64,000 bases of DNA. It comes from Microgenomates group bacterium. GTDB lineage: Bacteria > Patescibacteriota > Microgenomatia > Daviesbacterales > UBA10151. The stretch is taken from positions 384,589 through 448,588 of the forward strand of contig JBAZXP010000001.1 of the NCBI GenBank assembly GCA_041659805.1, written 5' to 3'. How positions within the stretch are numbered: the first letter of the stretch is position 1; each line of letters opens with the position of its first letter. The notes below the pieces were generated by a model. It was given only the letters and a program-made list of their open reading frames with translations. It searched no databases and was not told the origin of the DNA. Made by a program: the position numbers and the translations under genes. Below, piece by piece: positions 56,662 through 64,000 of the stretch.

Positions 56662-57194
56662 TGAAACCTCAAGATGGTTTGGTGATTATTTATACAGGTG
56701 AGGGAAAAGGAAAGACTACTGCAGCGATGGGTTTGGTTTTAAGATCCCTGGGTCATGGTAAAAAAGTTTTAATTATCCAATTTGGAAAAGCTACTTTTAG
56801 TGGTGAGATAAAAGCTTTAGAAAGATTTGGTGATTCTGTTAAATTAATTCAGGGGGGGGTTGGGTTTGTTGGAATCTTAGGGGATAAAAAACCTTTATCA
56901 GTTCACAAAGCAGCAGCAGAGGATATATATACTATATTAAATAATGAAGTAAAGTCTAACAAATGGGATTTAATTGTTGCAGATGAGATTATCGGGGCTG
57001 TTTCTGGTAAACTGTTAGATATCAAGGTGATTTTAGATTTAATTGAGACTAAACCAGAGACTCTGGATTTGATTTTAACCGGCCGGGGAGCATTCCCTGA
57101 AATGATAGAAAAAGCTGATTTGGTTTCTGAAATAAAATCTATTAAACATCCATATGATAAAGGAGCTAAGATCAAAAAGGGTATAGATTATTAA
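56655..57194 (+). CDS. cobO: cob(I)yrinic acid a,c-diamide (corrinoid) adenosyltransferase
   Basis: IIYTGEGKGKTTAAMG P-loop; overlaps nrdJ stop. Confidence 0.75.
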   Translation: MLMKPQDGLVIIYTGEGKGKTTAAMGLVLRSLGHGKKVLIIQFGKATFSGEIKALERFGDSVKLIQGGVGFVGILGDKKPLSVHKAAAEDIYTILNNEVKSNKWDLIVADEIIGAVSGKLLDIKVILDLIETKPETLDLILTGRGAFPEMIEKADLVSEIKSIKHPYDKGAKIKKGIDY

Positions 57195-57217
57195 AAAATT
57201 TACCCCCTTGCCAAGTT

Positions 57218-57244
57218 TTAGCACTCATGCTAGACTACTGCTAA
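57218..57244. promoter_or_regulatory. degenerate CIRCE-like inverted repeat (TTAGCACTC-N9-TACTGCTAA) in lon promoter region
   Basis: Left half-site perfect, right half 7/9 to GAGTGCTAA; overlaps putative -35 TTGCCA/-10 TAGACT. Confidence 0.45.
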
Positions 57245-57268
57245 TTCTAATTTAATTAGATAAAAATT

Positions 57269-59689
57269 ATGATTACTGATTATTCATCTTCACCACTAAA
57301 ACTGCCTGAAAGACTACCTGTCGGACCTCTAAGGGACACTGTTATGTTTCCTGAAACAACACTTCCTATTGTTTCCGGAAGGTCAAAATCAAAAGCTGCT
57401 TTGGATCAAGCCTGGTCAACAGATAGATTAGTTGTGTTTGTGACTCAGAAAAACAGCAAAATAGAAGATCCTGAAAGTAAAGACCTGTTTCAGGTGGGTA
57501 CTGTTTGTTTGCTTAAAAGGATGATCAAAAATCCTGAAGGGGATTATACAGTCTCTGCAGAAGGGTTAACCAGGGTTTTTCTTAAAAATATTTCTCAACA
57601 TGGTGATTATTTGGAAGCTGAAGTTGAAGAAATTCCTCAGCTTTTTGAAAAAAACGAGGAAACAGAAGCTTTAATTAGAACAGTCCGTGAACAATTTAAA
57701 AAATATATTGAACTTGGCGGTAACCCAATGTTTGATCCTTCAGCAATACCTACTTGGACTGCTAATTGGGCAGTAATTATTCAAAATGATGACCCTAATT
57801 TATTAGTAAACTCCATTGCTCAGGCAATTGATTTTAAAGTAATTGATAAGCAACAACTTTTGGAAATGGTTTCTGCAACAGATAGATTGCAAAGACTCTC
57901 AGAACTTTTGGCCAAAGAAGTTAAGATTTTAGAAATTTCTCAGAATATTTCATCTAAAACTCAGGAAAGAGTTTCCAAAATGACCAGGGAAGCAATTTTA
58001 CGGGAACAAATGAAAAGTATTGAGGAAGAGTTGGGTTCAAATGATGAAAATCAGGAAATCAGAGAATTTGAAATAAAGATTAAAAAATCAGGTATGCCGA
58101 AAGAGGTTAGGGAAAAGGCAATTAAAGAACTTTCAGGGTTGGCCAAAATGTCATCTTTAAATCCTGAAGCTTCCTATAAAAGAAATTATCTGGAATGGTT
58201 AACAGAACTTCCCTGGAAAGCGGTTGACGGTAAAAAAGTAGATATGAAAAAAGCGGAAGCCGTTTTGGAGGATGATCATTATGGATTAAATAAGGTTAAA
58301 GAAAGAATTCTGGAATTTTTAGCTGTTCACAAATTATCAGGAAAAGTTAAAGGTCCGATTCTTTGTTTTGCAGGTCCTCCTGGAACAGGTAAAACTTCAA
58401 TCGGTAAATCAATTGCCAAAGCCTTAGGCCGCAAATTTGTCAAAATTTCTCTCGGAGGAATCAGAGATGAGGCAGAAATCAGAGGGCACAGAAGAACCTA
58501 TGTCGGATCAATGCCGGGAAGGATTATTCAGGGAATTAAACAGGCAGGTACAACCAACCCGGTATTTATGTTGGATGAAATTGATAAAATCGGAGCAGAC
58601 TATAGAGGAGATCCGTCAGCTGCTTTGCTTGAAGCTTTAGATCCTGAACAAAATGATGCTTTTTCAGATCACTATTTAGAAGTGCCGTTTGATCTTTCTA
58701 ATGTCATGTTTATTACAACTGCAAATATGTTGGATACAATTCCACCAGCTCTTCGCGACAGACTAGAGATTATCAGATATCCGGGTTATACCACCGCAGA
58801 AAAATTTCATATTGCGACTAAATTTTTGATTCCAAAACAAATTGAAAATCATGGTTTAAAAAATAAACAAATCGTGTTTGATGATGAAGCTATTAATTCA
58901 ATTATTGAACAATATACCAGAGAAGCCGGAGTTAGAAGTTTGGAAAGGGAGATAGCGGCAGTAATCAGAAAGGTTACCCGCAGAATTGCAGAAGGAAGCA
59001 AAGAGAAAAAATTTATCATAACTGCGGAGGAAGTTAAAAAATTACTGGGTCCTGCTAAATTTACACCACAGCTCGCTGAGGTAGAAGACTCAATTGGTAC
59101 AAGTACGGGTATGGCATGGACAGAAGCAGGAGGAGACATATTATTTAATGAAGTTACCATAATGCCTGGAAAAGGACAGCTGATTTTAACAGGACAATTG
59201 GGAGATGTGATGAAGGAATCAGCTCAGGCTGCTATGTCATATGTTAGAACTCACTGGAAAGAATTAGGACTTTCAGATAAGTTTTATCAAAAGATAGATA
59301 TTCATGTTCATGTGCCAGAAGGAGCTGTTCCAAAAGATGGACCATCTGCAGGCATTGCTTTAACAACAGCAATTATTTCAGCATTAACCAAAATCCCAGT
59401 TCATAAGGATGTATCTATGACAGGTGAAGTAACACTAAGAGGTAGAGTCTTAGAAATTGGAGGATTGAAAGAAAAAGTATTAGCAGCACACAGAGCAGGA
59501 GTTAAGACTATTATTGCTCCTGAAAATAATAAAAAGGATTTGGAAGATATTCCTGAAAATGTTCAAAAAGATTTAAAATTTGTGTTTGTTAAAAATATTA
59601 ATGAAGTGTTGGAGATTGCTTTAACCAGAATGCCAACACCAGTTTCTTTTAAAATTACTCCACAACCAGTCTATCCAGCAGTAGCATAA
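57269..59689 (+). CDS. lon: ATP-dependent Lon protease
   Basis: GPPGTGKTS Walker A, catalytic DGPSAGIA...K dyad. Confidence 0.9.
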   Translation: MITDYSSSPLKLPERLPVGPLRDTVMFPETTLPIVSGRSKSKAALDQAWSTDRLVVFVTQKNSKIEDPESKDLFQVGTVCLLKRMIKNPEGDYTVSAEGLTRVFLKNISQHGDYLEAEVEEIPQLFEKNEETEALIRTVREQFKKYIELGGNPMFDPSAIPTWTANWAVIIQNDDPNLLVNSIAQAIDFKVIDKQQLLEMVSATDRLQRLSELLAKEVKILEISQNISSKTQERVSKMTREAILREQMKSIEEELGSNDENQEIREFEIKIKKSGMPKEVREKAIKELSGLAKMSSLNPEASYKRNYLEWLTELPWKAVDGKKVDMKKAEAVLEDDHYGLNKVKERILEFLAVHKLSGKVKGPILCFAGPPGTGKTSIGKSIAKALGRKFVKISLGGIRDEAEIRGHRRTYVGSMPGRIIQGIKQAGTTNPVFMLDEIDKIGADYRGDPSAALLEALDPEQNDAFSDHYLEVPFDLSNVMFITTANMLDTIPPALRDRLEIIRYPGYTTAEKFHIATKFLIPKQIENHGLKNKQIVFDDEAINSIIEQYTREAGVRSLEREIAAVIRKVTRRIAEGSKEKKFIITAEEVKKLLGPAKFTPQLAEVEDSIGTSTGMAWTEAGGDILFNEVTIMPGKGQLILTGQLGDVMKESAQAAMSYVRTHWKELGLSDKFYQKIDIHVHVPEGAVPKDGPSAGIALTTAIISALTKIPVHKDVSMTGEVTLRGRVLEIGGLKEKVLAAHRAGVKTIIAPENNKKDLEDIPENVQKDLKFVFVKNINEVLEIALTRMPTPVSFKITPQPVYPAVA

Positions 59690-59751
59690 TTTTTTCACAA
59701 ATTTAATTTCCTCCTTGACTAATTAGCCTCACCCATAGTAAATTAAGGGCT

Positions 59752-61755
59752 ATGGATCTGATTTTAAACAATATAAATTTACTTATTTGGGGCTCTGCTG
59801 GTGCAGCTTTGCTTTATGGAATGGTTTTAAGCTTCTGGATTTTGATGCTTCCATCTGGTGATGAAAAGATGAAAGAAATCGCTTCAGCCATTCAAGAAGG
59901 TGCTGCAGCATATTTAATGAAACAATACACCACTGTTTCTATGGTGGCTGTTGTTATTACCATAGCAATTTATATCTTTTTAGGAATGTCTTCCGCAGTA
60001 GGTTTTCTTATTGGGGCAGCATTTTCAGCACTCGCAGGATATATTGGAATGAATGTAGCAGTTAGGGCAAATATCAGATGTGCAGAGGCTGCAAAATCCG
60101 GTTTATCCCAAGCTTTTGATGTAGCTTATAAAGGTGGAGCAGTGACTGGATTTTTGGTAGTTGGGCTTGCTTTGGCTGCAGTCTATGGTTTTTATCAAAA
60201 CACTGGAGACTTAAAAGCTTTGATTTCACTCGGTTTTGGAGGATCTCTTATTTCTGTTTTTGCTAGACTCGGTGGAGGAATTTTTACCAAAGGGGCAGAT
60301 GTTGGAACAGACATGGTTGGTAAAATTGAGGCAGGAATTCCAGAAGATGATCCCAGAAATCCAGGTGTGATTGCTGATTTGGTGGGTGATAATGTTGGAG
60401 ATGATGCTGGAATGGCAGCAGATATTTTTGAAACATATGTTGTGACAGCTATTGCTGCTTTGCTTTTGGGTGATTTATTAATTCCAGGATTTAAAAATGC
60501 TATCTATTTCCCCCTAGCTATTTTATCTGTTGCTATCTTAACCTCAATTATAGGTAGTTTATTTGTAAGACTTCAGGGTAAAAGAATTATGGGAGCTTTG
60601 TATCAGGGTTTGATTGTGACAACTGTTCTTTCTGTTGTTGTATTTTATCCAATTACCACAGGTTTAATGGCAAACAATGGTTTATTTCCAACCTTAAATC
60701 TATATCTTGCTTCTTTGGTTGGAATTTTAGTTACAGCTGGGATGTTTGTAATTGTTGAATATTACACAGGAACTAAATATAGTCCTGTTAAACTTTTGGC
60801 AGCAGCTTCAGAAACTGGTCATGGCACCAATGTAATTGCTGGTTTAGCTTTATCTATGAAATCTACTTTTGCTCCAATATTATTAATTTCTGTCGCAATC
60901 TTCTTAAGTTATGGTTTGGCAGGTCTTTATGGAATTGCTTTGGCAGCAGTTGCCATGCTTTCTATGGCAGGGATTGTGGTAGCAATCGATGCTTTTGGTC
61001 CAATTACTGATAATGCTGGTGGAATTGCTGAGATGGCAGGTCTTCCTGAAAAAGTCAGAAATAATACAGATCCGCTGGACGCTGTTGGAAATACCACTAA
61101 AGCCGTAACTAAAGGTTATGCAATTGCCTCTGCAGGATTGGCAGCATTGGTTTTGTTTGCTTCATATGCACAGGAATTTGCCAATCTTGGAACAAGCTTA
61201 GTATTTGCTCTGGATGATCCTAGAGTTGTAATAGGATTATTTATTGGTGGAGCAATGCCTTATTTGTTTGGTTCACTCGCCATGGAAGCTGTTGGCGTTG
61301 CTGGTGGAGCAGTGGTTACAGAAGTTAGACGTCAATTTAAAACCATCAAAGGAATTATGGAAGGTAAAGCAAAACCAGATTATGCAGCTTGTGTCTCAAT
61401 TGTAACTGCCACAGCTCAAAGACAAATGATTATTCCAGCTTTAATTCCTGTTTTAGCACCATTTATAGTTGGAAAATTACTTGGGCCAGTAGCACTTGGA
61501 GGATTTTTGATGGGTACAATTATTACTGGTTTATTTGTGGCTCTTTCTATGACTACAGGAGGCGCAGCTTGGGATAATGCTAAAAAGTATATAGAATCAG
61601 GTGCTTTGGGTGGTAAAGGCTCTCCTGCTCATCAGGCAGCTGTTACAGGGGATACTGTGGGGGATCCATACAAAGATACAGCAGGACCTGCTATTAATCC
61701 TATGATTAAAGTTGCAAATATTGTAGCCCTGCTCCTCGTGCCCTTCTTAATGTAA
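59752..61755 (+). CDS. hppA: membrane-bound H+/Na+-translocating pyrophosphatase
   Basis: 667 aa multi-TM; [26 protein letters not shown] motifs. Confidence 0.85.
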   Translation: MDLILNNINLLIWGSAGAALLYGMVLSFWILMLPSGDEKMKEIASAIQEGAAAYLMKQYTTVSMVAVVITIAIYIFLGMSSAVGFLIGAAFSALAGYIGMNVAVRANIRCAEAAKSGLSQAFDVAYKGGAVTGFLVVGLALAAVYGFYQNTGDLKALISLGFGGSLISVFARLGGGIFTKGADVGTDMVGKIEAGIPEDDPRNPGVIADLVGDNVGDDAGMAADIFETYVVTAIAALLLGDLLIPGFKNAIYFPLAILSVAILTSIIGSLFVRLQGKRIMGALYQGLIVTTVLSVVVFYPITTGLMANNGLFPTLNLYLASLVGILVTAGMFVIVEYYTGTKYSPVKLLAAASETGHGTNVIAGLALSMKSTFAPILLISVAIFLSYGLAGLYGIALAAVAMLSMAGIVVAIDAFGPITDNAGGIAEMAGLPEKVRNNTDPLDAVGNTTKAVTKGYAIASAGLAALVLFASYAQEFANLGTSLVFALDDPRVVIGLFIGGAMPYLFGSLAMEAVGVAGGAVVTEVRRQFKTIKGIMEGKAKPDYAACVSIVTATAQRQMIIPALIPVLAPFIVGKLLGPVALGGFLMGTIITGLFVALSMTTGGAAWDNAKKYIESGALGGKGSPAHQAAVTGDTVGDPYKDTAGPAINPMIKVANIVALLLVPFLM

Positions 61756-61768
61756 ATTTTCCGATTTT

Positions 61769-62155
61769 TTAGGAAGCTTGGGGTTTACGTGAGAGAATAT
61801 TTTTAACTTCCTGTGCAATTTGATCAGGAGTATAGGAAGCCTTGATAAAATAGCCTTGTGCTCCTAATGTGAATGCTTCCTTGATGACTTCGTCTTGTCC
61901 TAAATTAGTAAGTAGAATAACCGGCACATCTTTAGTTGATGCATTTTGTTTAATTTGTTTGAGTATTTCAAGCCCGTTTAAGTCAGGCAACATGATATCA
62001 AGCAAGATAATATCGTATTTTGTTTGTTTAATTGACTGTAAGCCTTCTTTGCCGTTTCCGAATCCATCAACAGTAATACCATTTTTTTCCAACTGTCTTT
62101 TATATATGTCCCGGATGAATTGCTCATCCTCAATAATTAGTACTTTAGGCTGCAT
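61769..62155 (-). CDS. single-domain response regulator (CheY-like REC)
   Basis: VLIIEDEQ...DIILLDIMLPDLNG...LLTNL...K. Confidence 0.75.
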   Translation of the reverse strand: MQPKVLIIEDEQFIRDIYKRQLEKNGITVDGFGNGKEGLQSIKQTKYDIILLDIMLPDLNGLEILKQIKQNASTKDVPVILLTNLGQDEVIKEAFTLGAQGYFIKASYTPDQIAQEVKNILSRKPQAS

Positions 62156-62157
62156 AA

Positions 62158-62568
62158 TTAATCTAAGTCTAACTCTTTTAAGCTCATTTGAAAAGACGGA
62201 TTTTGTAAGAAAGGTTTAATTTTATCAGTCAGTTCATATGGAGTCACATTCATCTTTAATAAATAACCTTGAGCACCTATTTCAAAGGCAGATTTGACCA
62301 CACTTTCTTGACCTAGATTAGTAAGAAGCACAACAGGGACTCTTCTAGTTTCCGGATTTTCTTTGAGCTTTTTTAAAACGTTAATACCATCCATTCTGGG
62401 AAGCATTATATCCAACAAGATTAAATCAAAAGATTGATCAGCCACTTTGACTCCTTCCAGGCCATCTGTTGCCAAAATCATTTCAAATCCTGCTTGTTTG
62501 AGTACTCTCATATAGAGTTGATTAATGAAATGGTCATCTTCAACTAATAAAATTTTTTTAGGTTTCAT
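62158..62568 (-). CDS. single-domain response regulator (REC)
   Basis: MKPKKILLVEDD...DLILLDIMLPRMDG; track start (62781) overlaps upstream HK, so MKPKK chosen. Confidence 0.65.
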   Translation of the reverse strand: MKPKKILLVEDDHFINQLYMRVLKQAGFEMILATDGLEGVKVADQSFDLILLDIMLPRMDGINVLKKLKENPETRRVPVVLLTNLGQESVVKSAFEIGAQGYLLKMNVTPYELTDKIKPFLQNPSFQMSLKELDLD

Positions 62569-62572
62569 TATT

Positions 62573-63772
62573 TTAGTTTGATTTAATTGGGAGTGAAAAG
62601 CTGAATGTTGAACCTTTTCCAACTTCAGATTCAACCCAAATTTTACCATGATGCATTTCTGTAATCTCTCTTGAGATATATAAACCGAGTCCTGTTCCTT
62701 TTGAGCCCATTTCAAGTTTCCCTGAAACCCGGAAAAACTTTGTAAAAAGATGTGGTTGTGCTTCTTTAGGAATACCTTCACCTGTATCTGTAACGCTGGT
62801 TACAACGGAGTTTTTATCAGGTGATAATTTTATATTAATCTTGATCTTCCCTCCAGGAGCTGTGTAGTTAATGGCGTTAGAAAGCAGATTCGAGATAACT
62901 TCAACGATTCTTAACTTATCAACCATAAGTTTTGGTATTTTTTCTGTGGGTTTGGTGAATGTGTATTCAAGATTTTTTTCTTTGGCTCTTTCTGCGAACT
63001 GATCTACTGTTTGAGCAACTAATTCAACCCAATCAGCAGAAACAGTATTAACATTAAATATTCCTCTTTCGATTTTAGACACATTCAATAGATTCTCAAC
63101 AAGCGCCAAAAGTTGTTCGGTTGAAATACTGATTCGAGTTAGAAATGTATTTTGATCATCCGTAAACTTGCCTTTACTTTCACTCATAAAGACCGACAGG
63201 TAGCCTTTAATAGAGGTTAAAGGAGTGCGGAGCTCGTGTGCTGCCATAGAAACAAAATCTAATTTCATAGCTTCGAAACTTTTTGCTTCAGTTACATCAT
63301 GCATTGTCAAAATACACCCCAAGTCTGCCGTATCCCCTCCCTTAATTTGACTTGCGGTAAAGTTAACTACAGCCTGTTTATTTTTAAAAGAAATCAGTTT
63401 AAGTTCTTCTTTTTGGAAAAGAGCATTCGGTTGATTAATTCCGCAATATTGAGCCGGAGTCAGCTCTGTATTGCTTTGATAAATTTTTATGATTTGCGAT
63501 ATGGGTTTATTTTGTACTTCAGAAAAAGTAGCTCCTGTTAGTTTTTCAGCGGCCGGATTAAATAAAACAATATTACCTTTTGGATCTAAGGCAATGACGG
63601 CATCCTGGATGGCGGATAAGATCAATGCCAGCTTATTGCTGGTATCCCCCAAGTCTGTTGCATTAGATGTATTTGTGGAAGCTATAGCAACAGTAGTCTC
63701 CTTTTTGGCTGGTTCCTTTTTTTCAGCCCCAACAGTTGGTTTATTGAATAATATTTTGGCAAAATTAAACAT
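62573..63772 (-). CDS. PAS-domain sensor histidine kinase
   Basis: MAAHELRTPLTSIKGY H-box, GTGLGLYISREI G2 box, N-terminal PAS (AIQDAVIALDPKGNIV). Confidence 0.8.
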   Translation of the reverse strand: MFNFAKILFNKPTVGAEKKEPAKKETTVAIASTNTSNATDLGDTSNKLALILSAIQDAVIALDPKGNIVLFNPAAEKLTGATFSEVQNKPISQIIKIYQSNTELTPAQYCGINQPNALFQKEELKLISFKNKQAVVNFTASQIKGGDTADLGCILTMHDVTEAKSFEAMKLDFVSMAAHELRTPLTSIKGYLSVFMSESKGKFTDDQNTFLTRISISTEQLLALVENLLNVSKIERGIFNVNTVSADWVELVAQTVDQFAERAKEKNLEYTFTKPTEKIPKLMVDKLRIVEVISNLLSNAINYTAPGGKIKINIKLSPDKNSVVTSVTDTGEGIPKEAQPHLFTKFFRVSGKLEMGSKGTGLGLYISREITEMHHGKIWVESEVGKGSTFSFSLPIKSN

Positions 63773-63808
63773 AATTATAATTGTATTTATCTTAGCACAG
63801 AAGCGCTA

Positions 63809-64000
63809 TTTGTTAATATAGAGAGCTGCTTTTACACAATCCGCAACCTGTTCCGGTGTGTGAATTGCATGAATCAGATAACCTCTGACATTTAGATTAT
63901 ACGATTCCTGAATCAAATTATCCTCAGCATTTTCTGTAAGAATTACAAGCGGAGTGTTAAAACCAGGATTATTTTTATGTAAATTTTTAATTAAATTTAG
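63809..64000 (-). CDS. response regulator receiver, C-terminal part (5' end outside window)
   Basis: ...NTPLVILTENAEDNLIQESYNLNVRGYLIHAIHTPEQV matches REC alpha4-beta5-alpha5 region; stop at 63806-63808. Confidence 0.5.

Noticed and set aside
1-64000. CRISPR arrays, rRNA genes, additional tRNAs
   Set aside because: No regularly spaced short direct repeats, no rRNA-like conserved blocks, and no other cloverleaf-compatible segments found on visual scanning of intergenic regions

Overview
This 64 kb window is AT-rich, gene-dense bacterial DNA with strong AGGAGG-type Shine-Dalgarno sites. Gene content points to a small-genome, CPR/Patescibacteria-like organism (inference from split transketolase, LOG, HppA, class II RNR plus CobO, many tiny membrane proteins).

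Three regions:

(i) 1-16 kb, chromosomal housekeeping: CCA-adding enzyme, RecJ, archaeal-type AspRS, DacA-like carboxypeptidase, GluRS, MurA, two NUDIX hydrolases, a GT39-like glycosyltransferase and an HD hydrolase. Near 2.1-4.9 kb sits a cluster of two paralogous nucleotidyltransferases, a HIT hydrolase and a small protein. Within it, a duplicated ~100 bp structured leader carries a conserved 'MRGFF' start buried in a hairpin, and a terminator/antiterminator-like leader precedes the second nucleotidyltransferase.

(ii) ~16.08-33.58 kb, a ~17.5 kb integrated mobile element. It is inserted at the 3' end of a tRNA-Gln(CUG) gene and flanked by a 16 bp direct repeat (GCTGCGGGACTTGGAT at 16076-16091 and 33565-33580). 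It encodes a large serine recombinase, a TraG/VirD4-like coupling ATPase, a Replic_Relax protein, XRE regulators and a multi-zinc-ribbon HTH protein. Its cargo includes a PLD-family nuclease, an N6-adenine DNA methyltransferase, an AadA-like nucleotidyltransferase with two P-loop kinases, and a three-gene operon: a GHKL-ATPase/histidine-kinase fusion (844 aa), a stand-alone receiver protein and an HNH nuclease. I read this operon as a two-component-type (Detocs-like) candidate defence system with a nuclease effector; it is the most likely novel system in the window.

(iii) 33.7-64 kb, chromosomal. Genes include an MBL hydrolase, a DnaQ-like exonuclease, pentose-phosphate genes (rpiB, rpe, split tkt, zwf, gnd, fba) and a copper island (csoR with a C5/G5 palindromic operator, DUF1573, cupredoxins, copA, copZ). 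Downstream are nrdR-nrdJ-cobO with NrdR boxes, lon preceded by a degenerate CIRCE element, hppA, and a PAS histidine kinase with three receiver proteins.

No rRNA or CRISPR array is present.
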